DNA of 64,000 nt from Bispira polyomma (Eukaryota): positions 31,496,001 to 31,560,000 of the forward strand of contig OZ287755.1 of the NCBI GenBank assembly GCA_965649765.1, read 5' to 3'. Numbering within the stretch: the stretch's first letter is position 1; each line of letters opens with the position of its first letter. Positions 1 through 12,195 of this stretch are shown in pieces. A program made the translations under genes and the position numbers. Under the pieces are notes generated by a model that saw only the letters and a program-made list of their open reading frames with translations, searched no databases and was not told the origin of the DNA.

Positions 1-1232
1 TTTCGTGACTACAAGTTATTAAAAAATTTACAAACTGTTTTGGGTTTTTCAGAAACTTGAGTAGCGTTGGGGTTAACCAATGCCAGTTGAGATGTACTAA
101 TTTTGGTTAACGCCCACTGTGTGAAATTAGCCCAGTCCAGCCTTCCCTCTTCGACTTCCTGCCTGCTTAGGGCCCATGCAGATCGTACGACCGGCCAGGG
201 AAGAGCTGAAGTGTCCCTTGGTACAACATATTTTTCATGTTATTAACATCAGATACTTAGGCAACATTGATCAATTGCCCAGCCGCCGAATGGGGAAGGA
301 TAAGTTCATTAAATTGTGGCCATTTCTGGTACATGCCTCCCAACCAGCCCTCGTTGGCTCAGCAAGCTTGAGATTCGACAACACAGATGTTGATAGTGTT
401 GAAACGCCCTGACTTATGTCTAACAAGGGACCTTGAGCAAAGTCTCTCCACATCTGTATGTCGTATATTGCCCACCACGTTCACCTCAGGTAGATACTTA
501 AGAACGTCTAGCCGAGGTACGATTCTGTCGCACTGGCAATCTTGGTGTAAGAGTGGGAGAGCAGCATTAACATGGTGGCCTGTGTACCCATGAACCCCGT
601 TGGTGGTAACGGGTGCATTCACAGATGATTGGATGGCTGGTGGAAACACAGCATTAACTTCCACAAAGCCAGGGTGTCCGTTGAGAGTATTGGGTGCATT
701 TGCGGCCGTCCGATGGTCAGGTAGAAACACAGCATCGGCCTGGACAAAGCCAGGATGCCCGTTGAGAGTATTGGATTGATTTGCGGCCGCCTGATGGTCA
801 AGTGGAAACACAGCATCAGCCTGGACATAGCCTGTAAGTCCGTTGAGAGTATTGGGTGCGTACCCAGCCGACGGTCAGGTGTTTGTAGGTCAGATGGAAG
901 CACAGCATTAGCTCAAATGTGACCTGTGTGTAGACCGTTATTGACATTTAGTTCTAAGAAAGTATCATGCCTAGGTAATGTTCTTGGGGTGGAGTTCCAG
1001 GTGAGTTCTACTCTGTCGAGACGCTTGTGTATATTAGCATTGGCCGATTCAAGGTTTCTTAAAATGTACAAAAAAATAAGAAAAAAATAAACTTCAGACA
1101 AACCAGTATGCTCAACAGAACTCTCCCCTGCCTCTGCCAACGGCATCTGTAAATTTGTGATGACTGGGTCTTTGTCCTTGGTTTCTTCCCTACTTGAAGA
1201 ACACTACCTGGTGTTTTTTTCGTTCTACCCAT
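1..1232 (-). pseudogene. E1 gag (frameshifted)
   Basis: ATG at 1232 gives MGRTKKTPGS, as in E4. Coiled-coil LRNLESANANIHKRLDRVE. Zinc-finger start KTVCKFFN lies at the window edge. Confidence 0.8.
643..910. repeat. 81-bp coding tandem repeat (27 aa, about 3.3 copies) inside E1 gag
   Basis: gaaacacagcat recurs at 643, 724 and 805, with a degenerate copy at 897; peptide unit NTLNGHPGFVQADAVF... Confidence 0.85.
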
Positions 1233-2769
1233 GTCTATATGGTGTAAAAAACTGTTTATACAAACTATCTTATGTTAAAAAAATAAATTCCTATATTAAT
1301 CCCAGCGTGTTAAAAAAAAAAAAAATTCGTTTCTGCAGTCTGTTTACTATACACAAGTGTGAACAAGAATAGTTTTAAAAAGAATGGTAAGTGTAGATGT
1401 GTGGAACTGACTAAGCAGGGCCCTGTAGTGCTCTTGTGTGCAAATTCCATCGATGTAAATAATATTAATAGAGTCCATAAAAAGGACATTCAGTAGAGTG
1501 TATATCTCCGCCTAGGTGCCACTGGAGAAGAGAGGTTAGTGTTTGTACCATAATTTCGAACAGAGAACACTAACATGTAGAATACAACAATATGTTTGTG
1601 TCTAAAATCACATTTATTTCATGACTCATGTAAAGTTCTATGCTCTTTCTGTTGCTGTCTTAGAACAGCATTCAGTCCTCCTTGAAGTTTATATGAAGTC
1701 TATATGAACATCCCCTATATGATACGGATTAGGGGTTTCCTTGATGTCAACATTTTAACCAAAATAATACAATCTGCTCATTCAGGTCATCACCCCTTGG
1801 TGATTCCAATCATCTATTTGTTAGCTTCGTATTCGTTTGTAGGCTCTCTGATAGTCAATGATCAAAGAACACTAATATACTTCAAATTATAAAATTATAA
1901 ATGAGCAATAAATTTATCAAGAATAAATCTGTGTGAATTATATCTTTAATATCTGAGCTATTTTAATCAATACTGATGTGTCCGCGCACACATACAGTTA
2001 TTTTGTTTGTAATTTTTCATATAATTTTAGCACAAAATATTAGAATTTATCTTAAACTTGACATTTCCTGTTGTACTTATCTTGATTGAAATATACAATA
2101 TATTTAAATGGAATTACTGAAGTTATTTAGTTTTTGATCCACCTCACGTGTGAAGTAAACAAGCATTGCATTTTAGAAAAGACATCAGTGTACAGTGTGA
2201 CTGATACTCTCAAAAAAGAGTGAAATAATAGATACTCTTTCTACAGTACTGGGACCCAGGTCTTCCACTAGTACATCAGAGACCTTCCTCGTTTCACGCT
2301 TCTCAGCTGTGCCTGATAATTGCCTGATAAATCTGGATGGTGTACTCGTTGAAAACTAATTGAGGAGAGATGGCGGTAAAGCTGGAAGTCAGACTTTTGG
2401 CAAAGCTAGTGTTAAATTTGAAATTTATGTATAATATCTGTTTTTAAGTCTTTAAAAAAACTGACACCAAAATCTCAGCTTTATGACCTGGTTTTGATTT
2501 TGGACAAAAAAACCACAGTGGAACTTGATCCTGTTTCAACAGTGAGACCATTGTGTTTTCTGGTGTGTGATTAATTGTAGATATAAACATATTTTTTTGT
2601 GAAGACTCTCCGTCAAAAATATTCTGTGACTGAATGTTCAATGTCCAAAAGACAAACATAAACAAAGAACAACAACAAACAAAATGTACTTCAAAATATA
2701 CCTAAAACAGTGCAGTTATAAATAGGCAATAAATGTGTCATTTCATCTATGTAAATCATATGTCTAATG

Positions 2770-3107
2770 TAGAAATAAAGTTCAAGGGCGAGTACTTTAT
2801 TGGCGAATCAAGGACTGACTTACGGTGGAATAATGGATGAGGGCTGGTAGGCCCGAGTCCATTATGCCGGAAGGCTGTTCTTGATTCGCCAATAAAGTAC
2901 AAGCCTGTGTACTTTATTTCTATTATAAAGACGAACAACAGTATATTTGTAAGCAAATAATAAGATATTTTCCAACTTACTGTGGACTATTTTTAATAGC
3001 TACTGACGGAACTATTTATCCGTGATCTATTCTCCCAGATAAAGTACGGTTACGAATTGCGCACTGATGGCTTTTGTGTTCTATGCGCACTTCCGGTCTT
3101 TATAATA
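2770..3107. mobile_element. Non-autonomous hairpin element (Crypton-like MITE)
   Basis: About 150-bp imperfect palindrome 2770-2922 (tagaaataaagt...gtactttattggcgaatcaag / cttgattcgccaataaagtac...actttatttcta). Second inverted pair tattataaagac 2921-2932 / gtctttataata 3096-3107. Absent from the paralogous site near 19700. Crypton assignment is by structural resemblance only. Confidence 0.6.
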
Positions 3108-3505
3108 ATCTATAACCAAAGGATGAAAATATACTTAAAAAAAGTAGTAATAAATTTGTCAATACATCTGTGTAAATCACATCTTTAATATATTAACCAT
3201 TTTAATCGATACATGTGTGTCCTTGCACATCTACATGGAGCTTGTTTATATTTTTCCTACACGTTTAGCACAAACCATTGACTAGTTTTCCTTCTTTAAC
3301 TTGACATTTCTGCTCTTGAGAGTTACTGCAAATCAGACGGCATGACCTATCAGTCGCCAAAATACACAACTTTACAGTAATAGTAGCTAAGGAATTTGTT
3401 TACTAGAAAGGAACCAATAGGTGACTTAATAAGTGACTTATAAGGGCAAAGGTTCTCCCGCCTTTTCTAGCAATAATCATTATTGAATTAATACCCAAGG
3501 AGGGT

Positions 3506-3761
3506 GGGGGCCGCGGTGGCCTAGTGGTTAGTAAACATTGCGCTTCACAATCACTGGTCTCTCACCTCTGGGCGGCGTGAGTTCGAATCCCGTCGATGCC
3601 TATGTGGGAAAGGTGGTAGTTCCTTACTGTGGGCTGCTGGTTTCAGTGCAGAACCTTGATCAACTTTATGCAGTGTTTCCTCCAGCGTTTCCAACTACCC
3701 GTCTCAATATAACCTAAACAGGTACTAGAGTGGGCGTTAAATATCCAAATTCAAATGCAAA
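3506..3761 (+). mobile_element. tRNA-derived SINE (family A) inserted in the E2 5' region
   Basis: Pol III A box tggcctagtgg, B box gttcgaatcc; 13-bp TSD acccaaggagggt at 3493-3505 and 3762-3774. Confidence 0.92.
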
Positions 3762-3884
3762 ACCCAAGGAGGGTACATGTAAAAAAGTTTGGCTCAAGCG
3801 ACGCCATATTGGATTTTTAAAAGAAAAATAACTTATATATGTTTTTAAGATATATATTTTACTGTGGTGTGAACATTTTAAAAA

Positions 3885-4944
3885 ATGGGACGAGGAAAAC
3901 GTACAATTTCAGTTATGTTACATGAGTGTTTGCGATGCAAAAAATAAATTTACAACTCTACCACAAGGTTTTGAGGGACAAGGACATCCTATTCCAGCTC
4001 CTCGACGAAAAAATCAGGCAGAAATACAGGCTAACATGTTTCCTCGACAGATACCGTCATATCACGTTTCAGCCGGGACAGTCACACTACCCGATGCATC
4101 AGATGCAAACAACACATCTTAACAGAGGACAACTCATGTTCCAACAGCCACCCAGTGCGTTGCCTTATCCACATCATCAGATGTCATAAGAACTTCAAGG
4201 TAGTCAACATGACATAGTTCCATCGACAGAAGTGCGATGACAGTCGGCTCGAATTCAAAACGAAGTCACAGCACGACTTCATCAACTAAAAGCTATAGCG
4301 ACAGGAGACCTACTACAAGGTAAGTCGCTTGGCAAACGCAAATCTGTCAGGTATAATGTAACAGAAGTGTGCACCTCCAACCCTATGTTTAAATGGCCTA
4401 ACAAAGACAACCTAACAGGAGTTAACAAAAAACGGATTTCGTTTGATGACCTCACACTTGCTCAGTTTACGTCCGGTCAAATACACAATATTCCAGAAGT
4501 AGCAAATCCCACAGTAGTGAAAGCCATGTTAAGGCAGTTAGGTGACACAATTCGTGACGCGTCTTACATCTCTTGGCTGGTAGCCAAAGGAGCCTATGCA
4601 ACTAATGTGCATGATATAGAAGAGGGAAGGTTAACGTGGCTAGACGAGAATAACTAGATAATGAACAGGCTTTCGTATTCACAGGCATTAATGGCATCTT
4701 TAGCGACTTCACTCACGACAAACAACAACTCAAACAAAGTCAAACGACAAAATCGCGCATTCCTTGCCGTCAAAAGGGTCAATGTAACCAGGAGGGGGAC
4801 CACGAAAATGCTACAACAATCTTTAAACATATATGTTGTAATTGTTTTAAGGTTAACAAAAGGGAGAACTCACACCCAGAAAGTAAATGTTTCAAGTTAT
4901 ATGGCAGACCAACAGTGACAACTACTCTGGCACCAGGTCAATAG
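3885..4944 (+). pseudogene. E2 gag
   Basis: Starts MGRGK. LLQGKSLGKRKSVRYNVTEVCTSNPMFKWPN aligns with E4 gag. C-terminal HICCNCFK...HPESKC; TAG at 4942-4944; several frameshifts. Confidence 0.8.
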
Positions 4945-7363
4945 GAAATAGGACTGCAGTACAGGACAGCAGCAGCAATAGGACAGATTAATAAAAAAGT
5001 GTGCAATAGATCACATATGTTTGTATACAGGGGTGACAATAATGAGATTTTAGAGCATAAAATAAGGACGAAATCAAAGTTAAATGTTAATTTTGATAAT
5101 TTAGATAATAAATTTGATAGGTATCAAGTGAACAATGATCTAGAAATTAGAAATAAAAATCTAGTGAAACATGAAAATAATGAAATCTATGAAAAAATAG
5201 AAAATGTAAATGACACTGATATACTGACAGAATGTCAGAAGACACCATATGAGTACAATATAGTAGCAAAAAGTGTAGATATAGAAGACAGTAATACATG
5301 TGTACATAATGATATTGAGATGGACAATAACAGTTGGTACATTAATGTGCAACAGCCTAAGAACAGTAATCACCAGAATGTTCTGGCAGACAATTATGTA
5401 AATAGTGATAGTGATGTAATATTATATTATTTAATGTGTAGAAATGAACCCCAATATACAGGGGTGTATAGAGTAATAGTAAGTAATAACTTACATGTAT
5501 TTTAGCAGGTCAGATGTAAAATAACTACAATCTCGCCACTAAATTATGTGACATCCAAGACACAAGTGAATGTGATGGTGACAGACAACAAAAACAAATA
5601 CAAGAACAAGAATATACAAGTGGGACACAGAGATGGCCTGACTTGAGACAATGATAATATAATTAGAGAAAACAGAAATAACAAACGACAAACGACAAAA
5701 CAGACAGTTGAGTTAAGTCACACACATGAAACAAATGATCACGTGACAGGGGTGATAAACTCGATATTGAATGAAATAGACAACGAAAATTGAAAGTTAG
5801 AATCTTATGACATGACAAAGGACAATAAGGTAAATAACAGGAGTAAGACAGACGGAAATGATAATAGATTTTATGGTTTTATTCCATTGAGCAGTACTGA
5901 TTTTATTTTCAAGGGACCGAGTGTGGAACCAGTAGAGATGAACACTTATGATAAATTGCTGAAGGTATGTGAAATTATTAAAAGCACAGGACAGGAAAAT
6001 TATAAAGAAGCGACAACCCCAATACAATCAGGATTAAGAATAGACAATTGGAAGAAATACCTGGCAAATTATAAAGATCAACAAGTGCTTTAGTATATGG
6101 GATTCTAATTCTTAACTTGTCACACCCAGCTGGTTCTTCAGTAAATGACCACACGTATAAAAACATTTAACTTAAGGTTACCAACAATCGACCAGATAGT
6201 GCATGATATACAGACATTAGATGATGCAATGTTAGCAAAGGTCGACATTGCGCACGCGTTTAGGAACCTAAGGATTGACCCGTATGACAGTCTTAAACTC
6301 GGTTATCAATGGGAAACTCAAAATTATATGGACCTTTGGCTTGACGCACGGAACGGCCGTGTTCATGAGAGTTTTGGATGCAGTGACACACATTATGTGT
6401 CAACATGGTTTTAAAGTGTTTAATTACATTGATGACTTCGTAATTTGTGAAACAAGGGCAAAGGTCACTTAAGCTTATGATTTCTTACAAAAAGTATTGG
6501 GTGAACTAGGTCTACCGATAAACAAGAAAAAACTCGTACCCCCTAACAAAAGAGTGACATGTATGGGAATTACAATCGATATTGACCAAGGGACCTTAAG
6601 TATAAAGGACAAGAAAACTAGAAACGATATATAAAACATGTGAGAGTTTTTGTGACCTTAAAAAAGTCACTAAAACCAAATATCAGTCACTATTGGGAAA
6701 GTTACTGTATATTAGTCTATGTATAAAGCCTTCTCGGATCTTTATGAATCGGATGCTACATCTGCTTATAGAGAACACACAAGTCAAAAAATGATATGGC
6801 TTACAAACGAGTTTAAAAAGGACCTAAACTGGTTTTTACAATTTTTGTTTACATTTAATGGTATGACAAGCTATGTTGATAAAAACACAATGTTTAAAAA
6901 GTTATTACACATAGACGCGTGTTTACAAGGGATTGGCGGAATATCTGATGGAAAAGTGTTTACTGCTCCCATTCCTCCTTGTATAAAACAAGACTTGTCA
7001 ATTGTACATTAAGAAATGCTTAGTATTGTTATAGCATTTAAATTATGGGCCAATGAGTGGAAAAGCAAGACGGTTAAAATTATTAAATGTGACAATGCTG
7101 CTGTTGTGGCTGTAGTGCAGTCTGCCAAAAGTAGGGACATATATTTAAGCACATGCTTAAGGAATCTCTGGCTAATATGTGCAAGACGGGACATTGAAAT
7201 AATTATTGAGCATATACCTGGAAAAAAGAATATATAAGCTGACATACTATCGAGATGGCAGATATTAGGACAAAATGTTAAGATAATCAAGAATATAACA
7301 AGCGAGACTTTTAGCATGGAATTAGTTACTATTGACATGTTTAAATTAAATCCTGACATTTAA
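4945..7363 (+). pseudogene. E2 pol (RT + RNase H), disrupted
   Basis: ORF fragments 5812-7237 carry RT/RH motifs. Ends FKLNPDI*, homologous to E3 LEIDNNI* and E4 FNLDCHI*. Internal RT deletion near 6100. Confidence 0.88.
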
Positions 7364-7369
7364 TTTCAG

Positions 7370-8339
7370 GTACTACAGACAGGATATAACCTCTAGTACG
7401 AAAAACACTCAAGAGATTACGGGACTGTCATCGACCGAGAACGAACAGACAATACCACAGCCACATAAGACTCTACATGGCTTTTATTATTTACTACAAT
7501 ATTATAGAAACTTTTAGCATCGGTAGAGTTCTGGCCTTTCTCGAATTCCTACAACAGAAAGGGTTATCTTATAAAGTAATCAATAACTATCTGGCTTCTA
7601 TAAGATGTTATGCAAAAAAGCTACACATATATATTGTTCAACTATATGATCCAAGGATTGCTTTATATAAAAAATCTGTCATGTTGACATAAGATTTTAA
7701 ACCAACTCCCAAAGGAGTTTTTGACATCAACCAATTACATACAATTTCAAGACAATACCAGTTAACTCACTTCCCAGAACTGTATCAAATGACTTTCTTA
7801 TTTGCATTTTTTGGATTCTTGAGAATCTCCAACCTTACACCATTATCACTCTTGGGATTTGACTCAACACGACACATTACAAGATCTGATATACTATTTG
7901 AATCACCAGGTCTACATCTAGTTCTAAAATGGTCTAAGACTAATCAGTCAAGATCACAACACAACATAATGCAGTTACCAAGTTTAAAAAATCCCTGGCT
8001 ATGCCCAGTTACAGCAGTAAAGGCAGTATTTCAAAAATATCTTTACCTTTACATGCTCCATTACTTGCAAATCTAAAGAATTGGGGTAAATGTACTACTG
8101 ATTCACAATTAAGAATAATACTTAGATATACTTAAAAAGAGTCAAATCCCTCACACTGGTCATTCTGTTCACTGAAGGTCGGGGGCCTTCTTGGCCTTCA
8201 ACAGTAATGTTAAATTGCAAAACATCCAGAAAGACGGATGTTGGAAGTCTGATGCGGTTTGGGCATATCTGGAGTCTACATCTCACGCAGCTTCAATCAT
8301 ACCAGAAACTTTCGCTGCCATCATCCCCCCCCTTTCTAA
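7370..8339 (+). pseudogene. E2 tyrosine recombinase, disrupted
   Basis: FFGFLRISNL (catalytic R), LKWSKTNQ, LCPV, degenerate HxxR box, WKSDAVWAYL (catalytic Y). Confidence 0.88.
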
Positions 8340-8685
8340 TTTTTGGGTTTGGAATTTTTAAATTTTAAGAATTTCTTAAAATTCTTGTACAGTTGTAAAA
8401 ATTAGAAATTGTAAAAATAAATTATCCTAAATAGCATCAGACATTTCCTAACAGTAACACATGTTAACCTGAAACATACTAAAATAACTTCACCAGCATC
8501 TGACCTCAAGGTCAACCAATGTGACCTAAGAGGTCAAACATCTGTATCTTTGGAGACTGTCTAAATATGCAAAATAAAAAAAATTAATGGACGGTACCTA
8601 ATAAACAGCCTTACATATAAAAAAAAACAATGAGACTAACTTGACCACCTCTATAGTTAATATTGTATTTTGCATTTTTAACGAG

Positions 8686-9000
8686 CCTTATTGGTGTGAG
8701 GCATCTTCTAAAGCACAACAACAGAATCAATTATTCAAAAAATTAAAAAAATTATAGTCAATCAATTATTTAAAAAATTAAAAAAATGATAGCCAGGTCA
8801 TAAGGAGGGATGTATGTGTGTACAGGAAGGGAACTAAATGGGCTAAGTAATTTTAAAGAAATAGGTTTTAAATCTTCTTCTAAACTCAGAAAGTGTTTCT
8901 AGTGATCTATGATCAACTGGGATACAATTCCATAACATGGGGTAGCGATTGAGAAAGCTCTAAACCCAGTCATATTGGTAAGTTTTACACAGGATACAGA
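8686..9000 (-). mobile_element. L2/CR1-type LINE 3' fragment
   Basis: Minus strand reads ...LWNCIPVDHRSLETLSEFRRRFKTYFF; 3' tail aggcatcttctaaagc...cagaatca is shared with 20280 and 52577. Confidence 0.6.
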
Positions 9001-10229
9001 AACTCTCTTTCCTCTCACGAGGTTACTGAAAGAAAAGTGAGTAGCCAGGTTACAGGGGTGTTAAGAGACAACAGCTTTGAAAGTGGTGACATGGATTTTA
9101 AACATAATTCGATAATAAATAGGAAGCCAATTAGTTTTGAGGTGTGTGGCCCCTCAAGTGGTCGTGTTTGACAAACTCCAGTTTTACTGAATCTTTGCAA
9201 TCAGGCACCTAAAATATGCTTATTTTCTTTTGCTAAACTGCTCAAAAAAGTTTTGAAGTAAGTATCATACAGTACAAACATATATTGTATAATGGGATAC
9301 CATTAACTAACGTTTCGCCAATAGCACTATAAATGAAGAAATGAGAAACTACATAGATAGAAATCATGGGCTATATCCACTCTAAAAGGGGATCTACCAA
9401 AGCCTTTTGTACTCAATTTGATACATTGTCTAGACTGAGACCTTTTAGTGACTATATCCTTAGGACAAGCTGTATATTCTAATAGGAGTTCATGGTATTT
9501 CTATGTGATATACATATTCATAAGTTCATAGGGTTCGTCATTGATGAAATACAAATGACCATCCCCCACCTTCGCCTCCCCCCCCACCCCCCATTTCCCG
9601 GGCAACAAAATAGACCCTCAAAGATACAGCATGGGATTCGGGCAGTAAAGTAATTCAAATGTATTAACATACAGTCTGTTACACCAAGATAATATGTTAA
9701 ATATGTCAGAACAGTAAAATGTAAATCCTTCATTTCAAAGAAATCATTGAATAACTTCACCAATACTTTTGTTTTGAATTGTGCGGATCTTCTATATTGC
9801 GACATAAACCGTAGGAATTTACAAGAGATCGTTTCCTGCTTACAAAAGTATCTCTGCGACAATTACAACAAACTGCACAATTTACTCATATTTACTGCAT
9901 AAGTGGTGTATTTTTGATTTAAAGCATATACATAGTTTATCAATATACAAAATTATAAATATAATTCCTGAAGGTACTTAGTTTAAGATCCACCTAACGT
10001 TTGAAGTAAACAAGAGTTGTCTTTAAAAAAAGACATCGGCGCACAGTGTAACTGACATCAAAGAAGCGTGAACTATGAGATACTGTTTCTGCTCTCGTGG
10101 GACACGGGTCCCAATAGTACATCAGATACCTTCCACATTTCATGCTTCTCAGTTGTGCCTGATAATCGCCTGTTAATATAAATCTAACAACCCTCAATTT
10201 TCAACCAATCCAGCAAGGCATAACATATC

Positions 10230-10495
10230 TCCATCATTGCAGAGCCCTGAACAGAAACAAATCAACAAAATGCTTCACCTGACAAAAAACATGTATTAGT
10301 GTTTTTATTTATTCCCCTTGAACTCCAACCGTTAAAATCACTTTATTATATAGATCCACAAGTCCTTAATTGTACATGCCCCATCATCTCTTGACTAAAT
10401 TTTATGTAAATTGGTTCAGTATTTGTTTTTGTATTTTCCTGGTTTACTAACAAACTATCCAATGGAAACCGGGTGAAAACAGTACCTTCTTAGAG
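10230..10495. mobile_element. Possible Helentron/HINE-like non-autonomous element
   Basis: aaattggttcagt...actaacaaac...ggtgaaaacagtaccttctt resembles the 3' ends of such elements; degenerate. Confidence 0.3.
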
Positions 10496-10539
10496 ATGAC
10501 TAAATGACACTTATGTAAATAATATCAATAACTCCATAA

Positions 10540-11116
10540 TAGCCCAGTCACACCTACACATGCTGGAGGTACGTGTGTGTGACGTTTTCAATTGTTAGAA
10601 ACCTAGTACAAACGTAGTAAAAGGTAATGCAAAAGTGAGGATCCCTGGTGCGTTCGTTCCTTGATGTTGCGTAAAGAATGATGTTGTTTCGGAAACGTCT
10701 CTGTTTAGTCGGCTGCAACAATTATTTCAAACTGTTTGAAATAAGTGTGACAGAGCTCTCCGTTTCTCGAGGACTTCTCAACTCGTCTGTTGAAGTAGCA
10801 TAATGTAGCAGTAAGTAGTGATTCATCTTTATTCGTCGTGGAATGTTTCACTAAGCATCATAATTCAGCAGAACGCACCAGTAAGTAGCAGTACAGTAGC
10901 ACTACGTAGCTGTAGGTAGTAATATCCTACCAACAAAGTCTTCGTTTTTTCTCCCGCTCCGTGTGTAAAAGTACCAAAATCCTCATAAAACGTCACCAAC
11001 ATCGTCACAAAACGTCACAGTCAACCGCTCCTACATTGATACAAACAACCACGTTTTAGTTTATATTGCTGTGCTACGTTGATGGGCCGTTATCACGTGT
11101 AGGTGTGACTGGGCTA
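10540..11116. mobile_element. PIF/Harbinger-type MITE
   Basis: 20-bp TIRs tagcccagtcacacctacac / gtgtaggtgtgactgggcta with TAA on both sides; homologous copy at 51872-52463. Confidence 0.85.
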
Positions 11117-11423
11117 TAACTTTCATAATATAAAGTATCAACTAAAAAAATGATTTACCCTTTGAACATCATTTAGAGTGATGAAAAAGTGAGAGCTCAT
11201 CATGTTTTTTTGGTAACCGAAGGTTAAATCTAATTACGCCTTATTAAGGTTCAATAAGGCGGGAGGAAATAAATTTGAGCAAAACCTGTTTTTTTTTACA
11301 TATGTCTTTTTTTCATATAAGCAGCGTGGTAGTCAAGAAAACTGTAAAAATGTTCTTAGTGAGTAGCAAATTGATAAGAAATATCTGTACTGGTGTTGTT
11401 GAAGCTGACGTGTGGTTAAATGT

Positions 11424-11870
11424 ATATAGACAGGTATATGCTTGAATTAGGTCCACTTAGAGGTAATCATATACACATATGATGCTTTGACATCAGTATA
11501 CAGACAAGTATATGTTTAGATCAGGTCCACTTAGAGGTGAAACATATACACATGGGATGCTTTGACATAAGTATACAGACAAGTATATGCTTTGATCAGG
11601 TCCACTTAGAGGTTAAACATATACACATGGGATGCTTGACATTAGTATACAGACAGGAATATAATTGGATTAGGTCCACTTAGAGGTAAAACATATGCAC
11701 ATGTGATGCTTGACATCAGTATACAGACAGGAATATACTTGGATTAGGTCCACTTAGAGGTAAAACATATGTACATGGGATGCTTTGACATCAGTATACA
11801 GACAGGTATATGCTTGAGCTAGGTCTACTTAGAGATAAAATATATGCACATGAGATGCTTTGATATCATT
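11424..11870. repeat. Minisatellite, about 74-bp unit x6
   Basis: aggtccacttagagg recurs at about 11449, 11523, 11598, 11672, 11746 and 11821. Confidence 0.92.
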
Positions 11871-12195
11871 CTTTGTCAGTTATATTTTACTAAATTAATA
11901 AAATAATGCTTTCTACTAGCGACTATTCTTTGGAGCTCGAATTAAGCTTGAGTTGTGATAATATGCATTTTAAGAATAAGGTACGTATATTCACAAAATG
12001 TTCTTATTCCTTAAAAATTTAAAGTGTCAAATTTAAGATGTATGTCTAAAAGATTGAACACACTTCCTTGTACTTGTGTCTTAGTGTTAAGATTACAGTT
12101 AACAGTTAAGAGCTCCGTGAACAGTGCAGTAATCAGATATCTGTATTTAAGTCTAAGTGACAAAGTTCAAAATCTTGACATTTTTTGGGGTTAAA

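Larger units (their letters stand above)
1..1442 (-). mobile_element. E1: 5' part of a decayed tyrosine-recombinase (DIRS-order, Ngaro-like) retrotransposon, continuing beyond window start
   Basis: Minus-strand gag homologous to E4 gag (RHKSGRFNTINIC vs KHRSGRFNTTDIC; CDRIVPRLDVLK vs RDCIVPKLDMLK). Terminal motif tgcacacaagagcactacagggccctgcttagtcagtt matches the 5' ends of E4 and E5. Confidence 0.85.
3327..8560 (+). mobile_element. E2: near full-length decayed Ngaro-like YR retrotransposon (boundaries approximate)
   Basis: gag with Cys/His fingers, RT (KVDIAHAFRNL, YIDDF), RNaseH (DACLQGIGG, CDNAAVV) and YR (FFGFLRISN, KWSKT, CPV) in order. Confidence 0.9.

Noticed and set aside
3506-3600. 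tRNA gene
   Set aside because: A and B boxes are present, but it continues into a repeated body with tail and TSDs, so it is a SINE head.
4999-5505. Independent N/D-rich gene
   Set aside because: In frame behind the gag stop; better explained as the low-complexity N-terminal part of E2 pol.
7370-8339. Phage integrase or bacterial contamination
   Set aside because: YR is linked to gag and RT/RNaseH and surrounded by SINEs and LINEs, as in DIRS-order retrotransposons.
11424-11870. CRISPR-like array
   Set aside because: The sequences between the cores are homologous to each other rather than unique spacers; no cas genes; eukaryotic context.
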